This document shows, one piece after another, positions 11,850 to 24,624 of a stretch of DNA of 57,336 nt. This DNA comes from Octopus sinensis. Lineage: Eukaryota. The stretch lies in the NCBI RefSeq assembly GCF_006345805.1, contig NW_021833615.1, positions 1 through 57,336 of the forward strand, read 5' to 3'. The notes under the pieces were generated by a model. The model was given only the letters and a program-made list of their open reading frames with translations. It did not search any database and was not told where the DNA came from. A program made the translations under genes and the position numbers. Position 1 is the first letter of the stretch. Each line of letters starts with the position of its first letter.

Positions 11850-12244
11850 CAATGAAGTCCTAGATGAATAATGTCTCCGTTTTAAAAGATAGTAGATCGC
11901 GACTGCAAGGGAATATTCTTGCTCAGTAGGTCTGCTGGATTAGAGTCGACCTAGGGTTAAACAACAAGACCGGGCATTAAATAATGCAGTCGTAAATAGA
12001 CTTATGTTTGAGGGGGAAGGCGGGATGGTCATGGTTGGAGCAACTTTGATTATAAGTCTCCTGGAATATGGTTGACCTGGGCTCAAACCATCAACAACGA
12101 CAACAGTTAATTAGTTGAAAAAAAATAATTGATATAATTATATTGTTGTTATTTAGCCAGAGGTCCAACTTAAATTACAGAGATCTATGACCCAAGGCAT
12201 TCCAGACGTGACCATCAATGTCATTCTGCACCCTCATCGACATA

Positions 12245-12832
12245 ATATATGCTTTTCTACTCTAGGTACAGAGCCCGAAATATTGGGAAGGGTGCAAGTC
12301 GATTAGATCGACCCCAGTACGCAACTGGTACTTAATTTATTGACCCCGAAAGGATGAATGGTAAAGTCGGCCTCGGCGGAATTTGAACTCAGAACGTAAA
12401 GACACGAAATACCTATTTCTTTACTACCCACAAGGGGCTAAACACAGAGAGGACAAACAAGGACAGACAGACGGATTAAGTTGATTACATCGACCCCAGT
12501 GCGTAACTGGTACTTTATTTATCGACCCCGAAAGGATGAATGGTAAAGTTGGCCTCGGCGGAATTTGAACTCAGAACGTAACGGCAGACGAAATACCTAT
12601 TTCTTTACTACCCACAAGAGGCTAAACCTAGAGGGGACAAACAAGGACAGATAAATGGATTAAGTCAATTATATCGACCCCAGTGCGTAACTGGTACTTA
12701 TTTAATCGACCCCGAAAGGATGAAAGGCAAAGTCGACCTCGGCGGAATTTGAACTCAGAACATAAAGACGGACGAAATACCGCTACGCATTTCACCCGGC
12801 GTGCTAACGTCTCTGCCAGCACGCCGCCTTCA
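12245..12832 (-). mobile_element. SINE-C trimer (head + three bodies)
   Basis: Head AGGCGGCGTGCTGGCAG..., B box GAGTTCAAATTCC; junctions at 12412 and 12596; the last unit has a different tail. Confidence 0.88.
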
Positions 12833-12989
12833 CCGACATAACATATCGAGAAAAAATCTTCGTTGTTGCAGTCATTTAGCCCTTGGTCGGCGATGAACCA
12901 GCAAAACCTGTGATCAAACGTGCTCTGGCTGTGACCGTCTCACCAGGTTTTTTTTTATCATTATTATTTTAACGAGGCATCATAACTGA

Positions 12990-13104
12990 TACATGCATAC
13001 ATACATACACACACACACATACATACATAAATAAATACATACATACATACACACATACATACATACATACATAGATATATACATACACACATACACACAT
13101 ACAC

Positions 13105-13152
<48 letters not shown>

Positions 13153-13170
13153 GTATACACACACACTCAA
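12990..13170. repeat. (CATA)n/(CA)n microsatellite
   Basis: Direct reading. Confidence 0.9.
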
Positions 13171-13701
13171 GTTGCCATTAGCGTGTGTATACACAGAGAA
13201 CAATTTTAAATACCAAAAAACAAATAAAAATCGATGTTTTCGTATTTGTTTGGTGGAGAAGGCGGCGGGGGTGGGGGAAGAATTTTTTTTTTTTTTAATT
13301 AGGCAAATATTAGTTCATTTAGATATACTACTATACATACACATATACCGACTAAGTGGCTTGTACAAATGTATTTGTGTAGATGTAAATATACTCCAGT
13401 GCGTGGTATATAGCTGTTAATGCATACATATTCATACATACATACCACACACAGGCATGCACATACATACAAGCATGCATATACATACACAGCAGTAATG
13501 TATGGTTCGATGGTTTGGGGAAGGTATTAACCATATCTGCTATCAGGCATGAGAAAGAAATATGATAAGATTTATCTGTGTGTAAGGTGGTGCTTTTTTT
13601 GTTTTCTGCTTTCGTTTAGAAAACATACTTCACAATCTTTCTAGCCTGTACTGAGCAAATATAATGTCGGGAAAATGAATAAATAAATATAAACGTGTGT
13701 G

Positions 13702-13732
<31 letters not shown>

Positions 13733-13789
13733 TTGTGTGAGTGTGTGTGAGTGTCTGTGTGTGTATGTATATATAATATATCTATATAT

Positions 13790-13874
13790 ATATATACACT
13801 CACACAAGCACACATATATATTAGCAATAATAACTCTCTGAATGCTATATATATATATCATGTTTTAATTAACC

Positions 13875-13911
<37 letters not shown>

Positions 13912-14049
13912 AACATATATATAGGCAATAATAAATGAGCGAATATATATAATATCATGTTTGAATAACTGTATATATATATATATATAGATATATATAC
14001 CACACACACTCACACAAACATATATATAAGCAATAATAAATCTTGAGCG

Positions 14050-14084
<35 letters not shown>

Positions 14085-14189
14085 CGTGCATGTATGTATG
14101 TATATACACACACAAACACATATATATATATATATAAGCAATAATAAATCTCTGAGCGATATATATATATATATATATCATGTTTGGAT

Positions 14190-14225
<36 letters not shown>
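13790..14225 (+). repeat. Degenerate tandem of about 110 bp (AGCAATAATAAATCTCTGAGCG / CATGTTTGGATTAACT blocks)
   Basis: Four copies of the first block and three of the second; the second block also ends the 44924-45181 element. Confidence 0.6.
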
Positions 14226-14499
14226 TGAGTACAGGGAGAGGGAAAGAGAGAAAGACAAACAGATAGACTAATTGAAGGGCGGGACTAACAGATCCAATTT
14301 GCACGTTAAAGAAAACAGACGAGTTCGATCTCTGTCAATGTAGAGAACAGCCATGCCTCCCACCCCCTATTTTTCTTTTATTTTCTTTTATTTTTTTTTT
14401 CATTTCATTTTTAAAACATTGTTTACAAAACGTATCTAACGTTTAATATTGTTTTTTTTTTACTTTTTTTACTTTTTTCAAAAATCTCTTGCTCTGCGT

Positions 14500-14687
14500 G
14501 TGTGTGCGCGCCCGTATGCGCACACACACATATACCACACCAACACACACAACACTATATATATAAACACACACCCACATTATATATACTAACACACACA
14601 CACACATATATATATACACACACAACACACACTATATACACACACACACATTATATACACACACACACACATATATATACACACACA

Positions 14688-14736
<49 letters not shown>

Positions 14737-14830
14737 TCTCCCACACATACAGACAGACAGACAGAAAGGCAGGCAGACAGACAGAAAGGCAGGCAGACAG
14801 ACAGAAAGGCAGGCAGACAGCCAGGCAGGC
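14500..14830. repeat. (CA)n plus (CAGA/CAGG)n microsatellites
   Basis: Direct reading. Confidence 0.9.
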
Positions 14831-15213
14831 ACATCCGAATTCAAATAAAATGTTTTTAATTTCTTCCTCAAGACTGGATCTAGTTACAAAAATTTACAGA
14901 GAAAATTCCCTTCCCATCCCCATCTTTCAATTAAAAGATTTTCCTTAATTACTAACAACCCAAGAAAGAGAGAAATTAAGAGACAGACAAAGTGGTGTAC
15001 ACACATGTATATAATAATATTATTATTATTATTAAAAAAAAAAAAGTATCATATTCTCATATTGGTTTCAAATTTTGATACAAGGCCACCAATTTCGGGA
15101 GAGGGGGAAAAGGCAATTACAACGACCCCAGTACTCAACTGGTATTTATTTTATTGACCCCGAGAGGATGAAAGTCAAAGTCAACCCCAGCAGAATTTGA
15201 ACTCAAAACGTGA

Positions 15214-15419
15214 AGATAGAGAAATTAAGGCCAACAGACCAGATATAGTTGTCAGAGATCATGAAGAAAAATTGTTTCCAGCTGTTTGTCTAATTGATGT
15301 ATCAATACCAGCAGATGACAACGTATCTCTAAAAGAAATGGAGAAATTTTCAAAATACAAAGACCTGGAAATAGAGGTAACCAGAATGTGGAATCTAAAA
15401 GCAGAAACAATTCCTATCA
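15214..15419 (+). mobile_element. Internal fragment of the R4-like LINE (endonuclease region) fused to a SINE-C fragment
   Basis: Encodes DREIKANRPDIVVRDHEEK...IDVSIP...KYKDLEIEV; close copy of about 17346-17549 with a small insertion. Confidence 0.9.
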
Positions 15420-15686
15420 CAATGTGCCAGTAGGCATATTAACCTGGCCTCAACTGGTTTCATACAGGAATTGAGATATTCCCAGGAATCATCAGAAAAG
15501 ACCGAAAAATATGGAATGCCATGTGTTCTTTGTCACTGGAAGTCTCAAAGCTCTTGAAGTGGCTAAAAACCAACTGCATATTATTCCTTTCAGCCTTTTC
15601 TGATGATTGTCAATTCCCGGTATGAAACTGAATGATAAAGTGGCTGAAACAAAAATATAATATTGCATAATATAATATAATATAAT

Positions 15687-16087
15687 AGGCGCAGGAGTGG
15701 CTGTGTGGTAAGTAGCTTGCTAACCAACCACATGGTTCCGGGTTCAGTCCCACTGCGCGGCATCTTGGGCAAGTGTCTTCTGCTATAGCATCGGGCCGAC
15801 CAATGCCTTGTGAGTGGATTTGGTAGACGGAAACTGAAAGAAGCCTGTCGTATATATGTATATATATGTGTGTGTGTGTGTTTTGTGTCTGTTGTTTGTC
15901 CCCCCGCATTGCTTGACAACTGATGCTGGTGTGTTTATGTCCCAGTCACTTAGCGGTTCGGCAAAGGAGACCGATAGAATAAGTACGGGCTTACAAAGAA
16001 TAAGTCCCGGGGTCGATTGCTCGACTAAAGGCGGTGCTCCAGCATGGCCGCAGTCAAATGACTGAAACAAGTAAAAGAGAGAGAGAG
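15687..16087 (+). mobile_element. SINE-A, full length
   Basis: Family head and tail. Confidence 0.9.
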
Positions 16088-16110
16088 TATTATTATTATT
16101 ATTATTATTA

Positions 16111-17782
16111 ACGATCAGCCACCTTTTATATATGGATGACCTAAAACTATACGCTACAAATGACAAACAGCTGGAAACATTACTAAAGACAGTTCATGGA
16201 TTTACCAAAGAAATAGATATGAAATTTGGATTAGAGAAATGTGCCAAAGTAACCCTGAAAAGAGGAAAACTAATTAAGAGTAGCAACATCACACTAGATA
16301 AAACCAATGAAATAAAAGAATTAGACCAAAGCCAAACTTACAAATACTTAGGAATCCATGCAATAGATAGACACACCAACACAAATGAAAGAGAAAATAA
16401 AAAAAGAATATTATAGACAAGTCAGATCAATACTGAAACAGAGCTCAATGCTAAAAACAAGATAATAGGTATCAACACTTTAGCCGTCCCAGTTATAAGT
16501 TACAGCTACAATATCCTTAACTGGACACTAAATGAACTGACCAAAATAGATAGGAAAACAAGAAAAATAATGACAGGATGTAGGATGCATCACCCAAAAT
16601 TTGACATAGAAAGGCTATATATATAATGTATAGATGGTGGTAGAGGCCTTATACAGCTGGAAAACTACTATAAAATAACCACCATAGGACTGCAAAAATA
16701 TCTACTTCAGAAGGAAGGAAAACTGATACAAATAGCAGCAAAACATGAGCAAAACAAAAAATGTTCTCAGTATTTAAGGAAGCTGACAAATACAAACAAG
16801 AAATCATACCACCTAATAAACATGAAGAAGAAGAGATGATGATGAGAAACAACAAAAGCTCTATAAAACAAATGAAATCCAAACTAAAAACAGAACAGCA
16901 ATGAACCATGATAAAACGATGGCAAGAAAAGCCCCTTCATGGCAAATACTGGACTAAACTAAATGCAAAAGAAATAGACAAAGAAAAATCCCAACAATGG
17001 TTGAGAAGCTCAGGACTCAAAGCAGAGACAGAAGGATTTTTAATTGCAGCACAAGACCAAAGCCTCCCCACCAGAAATTACCAAAAACATGTAATGAAAA
17101 GAAATATAACAAGTAACTGTATAATATGTGGAGATGGACAAGAAACAATAAATCATATTATCTCTGGCTGCCCAGTCCTGGCTAAGAAGGAATATATTCA
17201 CAGACACGACAGAGTTGGGACCTATATACACTGGAAACTATGCCAACATTATGGAATAACAACAGAAAAAAGATGGTATAGGCACACACCAGAAAAGGTC
17301 ACAGAAAACGAGAAAGCAACCATACTCTGGGATATGCCAATACACACAGATAGAGAAATTAAGGCCAACAGACCAGATATGGTTGTCAGAGATCATGAAG
17401 AAAAAAAATGTTTTCTAATTGATGAATCAATACCAGTGGATGACAACGTGTCTCTAAAAGAAATGGAGAAACTTTCAAAATACAAAGACCTGGAAATAGA
17501 GGTAACCAGAATGTGGAATCTAAAAGCAGAAACAATTCCTATCATAATAGGTGCATTAGGCATGATAAAAAAATATTCAGACAAATACATAACAAAAACA
17601 TCAGGACTTACAAACACATATAACATACAGAAAATTGCACTACTAGGCACTGCACACATCCTACGCAGAACACTTTCCATACAATAACCATCAGAGCATC
17701 ACAACAAATCACAGCACATACCCAAGGCACCACAGAGCTGCGCTCGGTAGTGAAGTGAAAGCACGATATAAAAAATATACTA

Positions 17783-17835
<53 letters not shown>

Positions 17836-17845
17836 TAATAATAAT
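16111..17845 (+). mobile_element. 5'-truncated R4/Dong-like non-LTR retrotransposon with restriction-like endonuclease; frameshifted; (AAT)n tail
   Basis: RT motif ISHLLYMDDLKLY, YKYLG, GGRGL, zinc knuckle CIICGDGQETINHIISGC, RHD, ANRPD...LIDESIP, QKIALLGTAHILRR; stop at 17687; about 100-bp 3' UTR; (AAT)n at 17787-17845. Confidence 0.93.
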
Positions 17846-17850
17846 AGCTC

Positions 17851-17922
17851 GGGGGTATAGCTCAGTGGGAGAGCATTCGACTGCAGATCGAGAGGTCCGC
17901 GGTTCAATCATGGGTGCCCCCT
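17851..17922 (+). tRNA. tRNA-Cys: tRNA-Cys(GCA)-like sequence, probably a pseudogene or SINE head
   Basis: Acceptor stem GGGGGTA/TGCCCCC, D arm, anticodon stem TTCGA/TCGAG with loop CTGCAGA (GCA at 17883-17885); T stem CGCGG/ATGGG has two mismatches. Confidence 0.85.
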
Positions 17923-17959
17923 TCGGCTCGGAATTTAATTCCTGAATATTTAAAATTTT

Positions 17960-18035
17960 GAATGGCGGTGCCCCAGCATGGCTACAGCTCGTGAGCTGAA
18001 ACTAGATAAAATAAAAATAAAAAATAAAATAAATA
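17960..18035 (+). mobile_element. SINE/LINE-type 3' tail
   Basis: GGCGGTGCCCCAGCATGGCTACAGCTCGTGAGCTGAAACTAG + (AAAAT)n; related to the SINE-A tail GGCGGTGCTCCAGCATGGCC. Confidence 0.7.
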
Positions 18036-18036
18036 A

Positions 18037-18382
18037 TAATCCTTTGGACTATAGTCACAAGGCTTGAAATTTGGGGGAGGGGATAGTTGATTTACATCAA
18101 CCCCAGTGCACAACTGGTACTTATTTCATCAACCCCCCCGAAAGGACGAGAGGCAAAGTCAACCTTGGCAGCATTTGAGCTCAAACTCAGATGCAATTAT
18201 ATGAGAATGATCCCTGGCTTACCATCCCTGCAAGAAGTGCAAAAGATTGTCTTAACTGGTACATCACACATATTGAGAAGAGCATTGTCGATGTGAGAAC
18301 TATTACTACCTATTACTACTCAGGTGCAATGCTTACCAGCAACTTACCCAGTGTGCTAACAATTCTGCCAGCTCACCACCTA
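18037..18382 (-). mobile_element. Old SINE-C containing the C-terminal fragment of a second endonuclease-type LINE (about 18190-18296, + strand)
   Basis: Insert encodes IPGLPSLQEVQKIVLTGTSHILRRALSM*, homologous to the end of the R4-like ORF. Confidence 0.7.
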
Positions 18383-18387
18383 ATAAT

Positions 18388-18430
<43 letters not shown>

Positions 18431-18920
18431 TAATAATAATAATCTGTTGTGTCTAATATAACACACTCACCGGTAAAATTTCCACTTTTTTCTTATTTTT
18501 ATTTTTCTAAAATTTTCGTTGTGTCTTGCAACCTTTTCAATAGTTTGGTCTGTACGTTCTGGGTTCAAACTCCACTGAGGTTGACTTCGCCTTTCATTCT
18601 TTCGGGGGTTGATAATTTAAGTACCAGTTGAACACTAAGGTCGATGTAAATGACTAAGCACCCTCTCCCAAAATTCCTGGCCTTGTGCCAAAATTTGAAA
18701 CCATTATTATTATCATTTTTCGTTTTGGGATTTGGTTTGCAAGATTCTTTATATGAGATTGTGTGTTGAAGCATATTCTATTGTGTCTGGGGAGAGTCAT
18801 TTTCTTTTTGTGCCTTATAATGTAACACACTCACCTGTAAAATTTCCACTTTTTTCTCATTTTTATTTTCCTAAAATTTTTGTTGCGTCTTGCAACCTTT
18901 TCAATAGTTTTGACTATTAC

Positions 18921-20020
18921 CAACCACATAGTTCCGGGTTCAGTCCCACTGCGTGGCACCTTGGGCAAGTGTCTTCTACTATAACCTTGGGCTGTCCAAA
19001 GCCTTGTGAGTGGGTTTGGTAGATGGAAACTGAAAGAAGCCCGTCATATTTGTGTGTCTGTGTTTGTCCCCCCAACATCGCTTGACAACCGATGCTGGTG
19101 TGTTTACGTCCCCGTAACTTAGCGGTTTGGCAAAAGAAACCGATAGAATAAGTACTAGGCTTACAAAGAATAAGTCCTGGGGTCAATTTCTTCAACTAAA
19201 GGCGGTGCTCCACCTTGGGAAAGTGTCTTCTACTATAACCTTGGGCTGTCCAAAGCCTTGTGAGTGGGTTTGGTAGATGGAAACTGAAAGAAGCCCGTCA
19301 TATTTGTGTGTCTGTGTTGTCCCCCCAACATCGCTTGACAACCGATGCTGGTGTGTTTACGTCCCCGTAACTTAGCGGTTTGGCAAAAGAAACGATAGAT
19401 AGAATAAGTACTAGGCTTACAAAGAATAAGTCCTGGGGTCAATTTCTTCAACTAAAGGCGGTGCTCCACCTTGGGAAAGTGTCTTCTACTATAACCTTGG
19501 GCTGTCCAAAGCCTTGTGAGTGGGTTTGGTAAGTGGAAACTGAAAGAAGCCCGTCATATTTGTGTGTCTGTGTTTGTCCCTCCCCCAACATCGCTTGACA
19601 ACCGATGCTGGTGTGTTTACATCCCCGTAACTTAGCGGTTCAGCAAAAAGGACCGATAGAATAAGTACTAGGCTTACAAAGAATAAGTCCTGGGGTCAAT
19701 TTCTTCAACTAAAGGCGGTGCTCCACCTTGGGCAAGTGTCTTCTACTATAACCTTGGGCTGTCCAAAGCCTTGTGAGTGGGTTTGGTAGATGGAAACTGA
19801 AAGAAGCCCGTCATATTTGTGTGTCTGCGTTTGTCCCCCCAACATCGCTTGACAACCGATGCTGGTGTGTTTACGTCCCCGTAACTTAGCGGTTCAGCAA
19901 AAGAGACCGATAGAATAAGTACACTAGGCTTACAAAGAATAAGTCCTGGGGGTCGATTAGCTCGACTAAAGGCGGTGCTCCAGCATGGCCGTAGTCAAAT
20001 GAGTAAAAGAGTGAAAGAGT
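18921..20020 (+). mobile_element. SINE-A with its ~256-bp body repeated four times
   Basis: GGTGCTCCACCTTGGG junctions near 19210, 19466 and 19723. Confidence 0.9.
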
Positions 20021-20222
20021 ATTTAGCAGAAAGTCGCAATAGTGACTCAAGGGCCACGAGTTCCATCCATGGCACTTTGGATAAGTGGTATTGCACATGA
20101 AACACTCATTCTTTGAGCCACCGTTGTGACTTTCTGCCGATTGAAAACGTATAACACACACACACACATTCAATTGTTTGTTGATAGTCTTACATATCTG
20201 TGGTGCGTGTGTGTGTGGCTGT

Positions 20223-20260
<38 letters not shown>

Positions 20261-20317
20261 ATGTATGTGTAATACTGTGATGTGTGTGTGTGTTTGCATG
20301 TATGTGTAATACTGTGA

Positions 20318-20350
<33 letters not shown>

Positions 20351-20844
20351 ATACTGTGATTGTGTGTGTGTGTGTGTATGTGGCTGTGATTGTGTGTGTG
20401 TGTTTGCATGTATGTGTAATACCATGCCATAGAGCATGTATTGGTGGGGGGGCGGGGTGTAAGGTACACATCCACACAAATATCAACACACACACACAAA
20501 TAACAAAACACACACACACACACACAGATTTGTTCGCTGAGAGTCTGGTCTCTGTTTCTCCACATGGCATTATTTCTGTTTCATCATTCAATTTCAATTA
20601 GGCTTTCAAGAAGGAGATTCCCTTGCTCCAGTTAAAGAATGAGAGACAGCAGAGGTGGGCGGGCGGGCAGGTGGGTGGTTGGAAGGGGTTGCATGAGAAA
20701 CAGAGAGAAGAGGGGGGGGAGGGGAGTTGTGTAAGAGAAAGAGAGAGAGAGAGAGAGATTAATGGATGGAGGGATGAGACAGAAAGACAGAAAGAATCAG
20801 GGGAGAGCTGAGAGAGAGAAAGGAGGGCGAGACAGTGAAAGAGT

Positions 20845-21310
20845 GTTAATGACGAGGGTGGTGGTGGTAGTGGTGGTGGTGGCGGTGGTGGTGGTGGCGG
20901 CGGTGGTGGTGGTGGTGGTGGTGGTGGTGGTGGCAGTGGTGGTGGTGGTGGTGGTGATTGCGGCGGCGGCGGCGGTGGTGGTAGCGGCGGTGGCGATGGC
21001 AGCGGTGGTAGCGGTGGCGGTGGTGGCAGCGGTGGTGGTGGTGGTGTAGTGGTGGTGGTGGCGGTGGCGGTGGTGGTGGTGGCGGCGGTGGTGGTGGTGG
21101 TGGTGGCGGTGGTAGTGGTGGTGGCAGTGGCGGTGGCGGTGGTGGTGATTGCGGCGGCGGCGGTGGTAGCGGCGGTGGCGATGGCAGCGGTGGTAGCGGT
21201 GGCGGTGGTGGCAGCGGTGGTGGCGGTGGTGGCAGCGGTTGTGGTGGTGGTAGCGGTGGTGGTGGTAGCGGTAGTGACGGTGGTGGCGGTGGTGAAGGTG
21301 GTGGGTGTAA
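20845..21310. repeat. (GGT/GGC)n array with an internal higher-order duplication
   Basis: Block GTGATTGCGGCGGCG...GATGGCAGCGG occurs near 20954 and 21146. Confidence 0.9.
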
Positions 21311-21469
21311 TTCTCAAATTTCATTCACTTAGCTTCATTTCCAGTGTTGTTTTTTTTATATATTTATTTATTCTATTTATTTATTTATTTAAACTTTTTT
21401 TTTTTTTTTAATACATGCAGGAAACAAAAAGCAAAAGAAGATTGATTCTTTCTACACCAATTCTGCCTC

Positions 21470-21662
21470 CGCCGATGCCGCCACCGCCACCGCCATTGCT
21501 ACTGGCATTATCATCACCAACATGACCACTATCACCACAATCATCATCATCATCATCATCACCACCACAACCACCACCACCATCAGCGTCATCATTGTCA
21601 TCATCATCATCATCATCATTATCATCATCATCATCATCACCATCATCATCATTGTCATCATC

Positions 21663-21726
<64 letters not shown>

Positions 21727-21910
21727 CCATCATCATCATTGTCATCATCTTCATCATCACCATCATCATCACCATCATCATCATCATCATCACCACAGCC
21801 ACCACCATCACTTCCAGCATCAACATCAACCATCATAACCACCAACATCACCACCACTAACACCATCACCACCATCATCGTCATCGTCATCATCATCATC
21901 ATCACCATCC

Positions 21911-21943
<33 letters not shown>

Positions 21944-22086
21944 CCACCATCATCATCACCATCATCATCACCATCATCACAATCTTCATCATCATCATCA
22001 CCATCATCACCACCATCACCACCATCATCGTCATCGTCATCATCATCATCATCATCACCATCATCATCACCATCATCATCACAATC

Positions 22087-22148
<62 letters not shown>

Positions 22149-22150
22149 TG
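21470..22150. repeat. (CAT/CAC)n array, about 680 bp
   Basis: Direct reading. Confidence 0.95.
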
Positions 22151-22549
22151 CCACTTACTGTTTCTACTACATATTCCATGAGCCAACATAACCACCGAGA
22201 CAGCTAGAAATAGCAGCCACGATACCTCCTTCACAACACATCCTATTGTCTTTATAAAGTGGGGGGGGGGTCAAAAAAGGGAACAATACACACACAAGAT
22301 AATACAATCCTATATTACTGTTATTTTAATTTATTTTTTTTTATTTAGAAAGGTTTGTCATAACTGGAATGCCAATCCTCCTTGCTTACATCTGGAGTTA
22401 AACACCACCACCACCACCACCACTGCTATCGGCAAAAATACAGCCCCTATTTGGTCACTAGATTTGCTAGAAATAGCAGTGCTAAACCTCCCTCAAATCA
22501 CTCTGAAATTGTATTTAAAATAAGGCAGGGACATGTAGAACAATATATG

Positions 22550-23330
22550 TTTCTTTATTGCCCACAAGGGGCTCAACACAGAGGGGACAAACAAGGACAG
22601 ACAAAGGGATTAAGTCGATTACATCGACCCCAGTGCGAAACTGGTACTTTATTTATCGACCCCGAAAGGATGAAAGGCGAAGTCGACCTCGGCGGAATTT
22701 GAACTCAGAACGTAACGGCAGACGAAATACCTATTTCTTTATTGCCCACAAGGGGCTAAACACAGAGAGGACAAACAAGGACAGACAAAGGGATTAAGTC
22801 GATTATATCGACCCCAGTGCGAAACTGGTACTTTATTTATCGACCCCGAAAGGATGAAAGGCGAAGTCGACCTCGGCGGAATTTGAACTCAGAACGTAAC
22901 GGCAGACAAAATACCTATTTCTTTATTGCCCACAAGGGGCTAAACACAGAGAGGACAAACAAGGACAGACAAAGGGATTAAGTCAATTACATCGACCCCA
23001 GTGCGAAACTGGTACTTAATTTATCGACCCCGAAAGGATGAAAGGCAAAGTCGACCTCGGCGGAATTTGAACTCAGAACGTAACGGCAGACAAAATACCT
23101 ATTTCTTTATTGCCCACAAGGGGCTAAACACAGAGAGGACAAACAAGGACAGACAAAGGGATTAAGTCAATTACATCGACCCCAGTGCGAAACTGGTACT
23201 TAATTTATCGACCCCGAAAGGATGAAAGGCGAAGTCGACCTCGGCGGAATTTGAACTCAGAACCTAACGACAGACGAAACACCGCTAAGCATTTCGCCCG
23301 GCGTGCTAACGTTTCTGCCAGCTCGCCCCC
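22550..23330 (-). mobile_element. SINE-C tetramer
   Basis: Four ~184-bp bodies, one head; junctions at 22730, 22913 and 23098. Confidence 0.92.
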
Positions 23331-23519
23331 TTTTCTTACCTGTTTCAGTCGTTGGACTGCAGCCATGCTGGAGCACCACCTTGAAGGGTTTTCGTCAAAC
23401 AAACTGACCCCAGTATTTTTTCCGCCTGGTATTTATTCTATCAGTCTCTTTTGCCAAATCACTAAGTTAATTAGGAATAAACAAACCAACACTGGTCATC
23501 AAGTGTTGGTGGGGAACAT

Positions 23520-24014
23520 ACACATACATAAACACACACACACACACACAAACACACAAACACACACAAACACACACACACACACATACAAACACATACA
23601 CACACACACACACACAAACACACAAATCACAAACACACACACACAACACACAACCACACACACACACCAAACACACACAAACACACACACAACACACAAA
23701 CACAAACACACAAACACACACAAACACACACACACACCACACACACACAAACAAACACACACACACAAACACACACAAACACAAACACACACACACACCA
23801 CACACAAACACACACACAAACACAAACACACACACACACACACACAAACACACACAAACACACACACCACACACAACAAACACACACAAACACACACAAA
23901 CACACAAACACAAAACACACCAAACACACACAAACACACCCCACACACACACACACACAAACACAACACCCCACACACACACACAAACACACACAACACA
24001 CACAAACACAACAA

Positions 24015-24048
<34 letters not shown>

Positions 24049-24235
24049 ACAAACACACCACACACACAACAAACACACAAACACACACACACACATACAC
24101 AACCACACACACAAACACACACAAACACACACAAACACACACAAACACACACAAACACACACACACACACAAACACACAAACACACAAACACACACACAC
24201 CACACACACATACACACACACACACACACACATAT
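23520..24235. repeat. Degenerate (CA)n/(CAAACACA)n array
   Basis: Direct reading. Confidence 0.95.
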
Positions 24236-24624
24236 ATATTTGATGAGCTTCTTTCAGTTTCCATTTACCAGATCCACTCACAAAGGCTTTGATTAGCCTG
24301 GTAACAATAACATAGTTCAGGGGTTATGTAGGGCCTGTAGAAAAAGGAAAAAGAAAGGGTGGTCTTGGATAAATAGGGCCTGTCTGTTCAGCACTCATCC
24401 AAAGCTATGCAACTACTACCAATTGTGATGGAGGCCCCACAAAAGTTTTAAGAAAAGGGTCATAACTGCTGACCCCTTGACCTCTGTTTGAGCCAAGGAA
24501 GACAGAAAAATATTAGAGATGCAATGCAAAGTAGATGATGGTGATGATGATGATGATGGAGAGGATAAGGATAGTAAGGATGATGACAACAATGATAATG
24601 ATGATGGGGTGCAGAACAAAGCAA

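Noticed and set aside
15455-15500. Minus-strand CTGATGA...GAAA
   Set aside because: Stem II does not close at the core and stem I is mostly G-U pairs; chance match
23185-24281. 352-aa HT-rich and CV-rich ORFs
   Set aside because: Produced by a (CA)n-type array fused to SINE sequence
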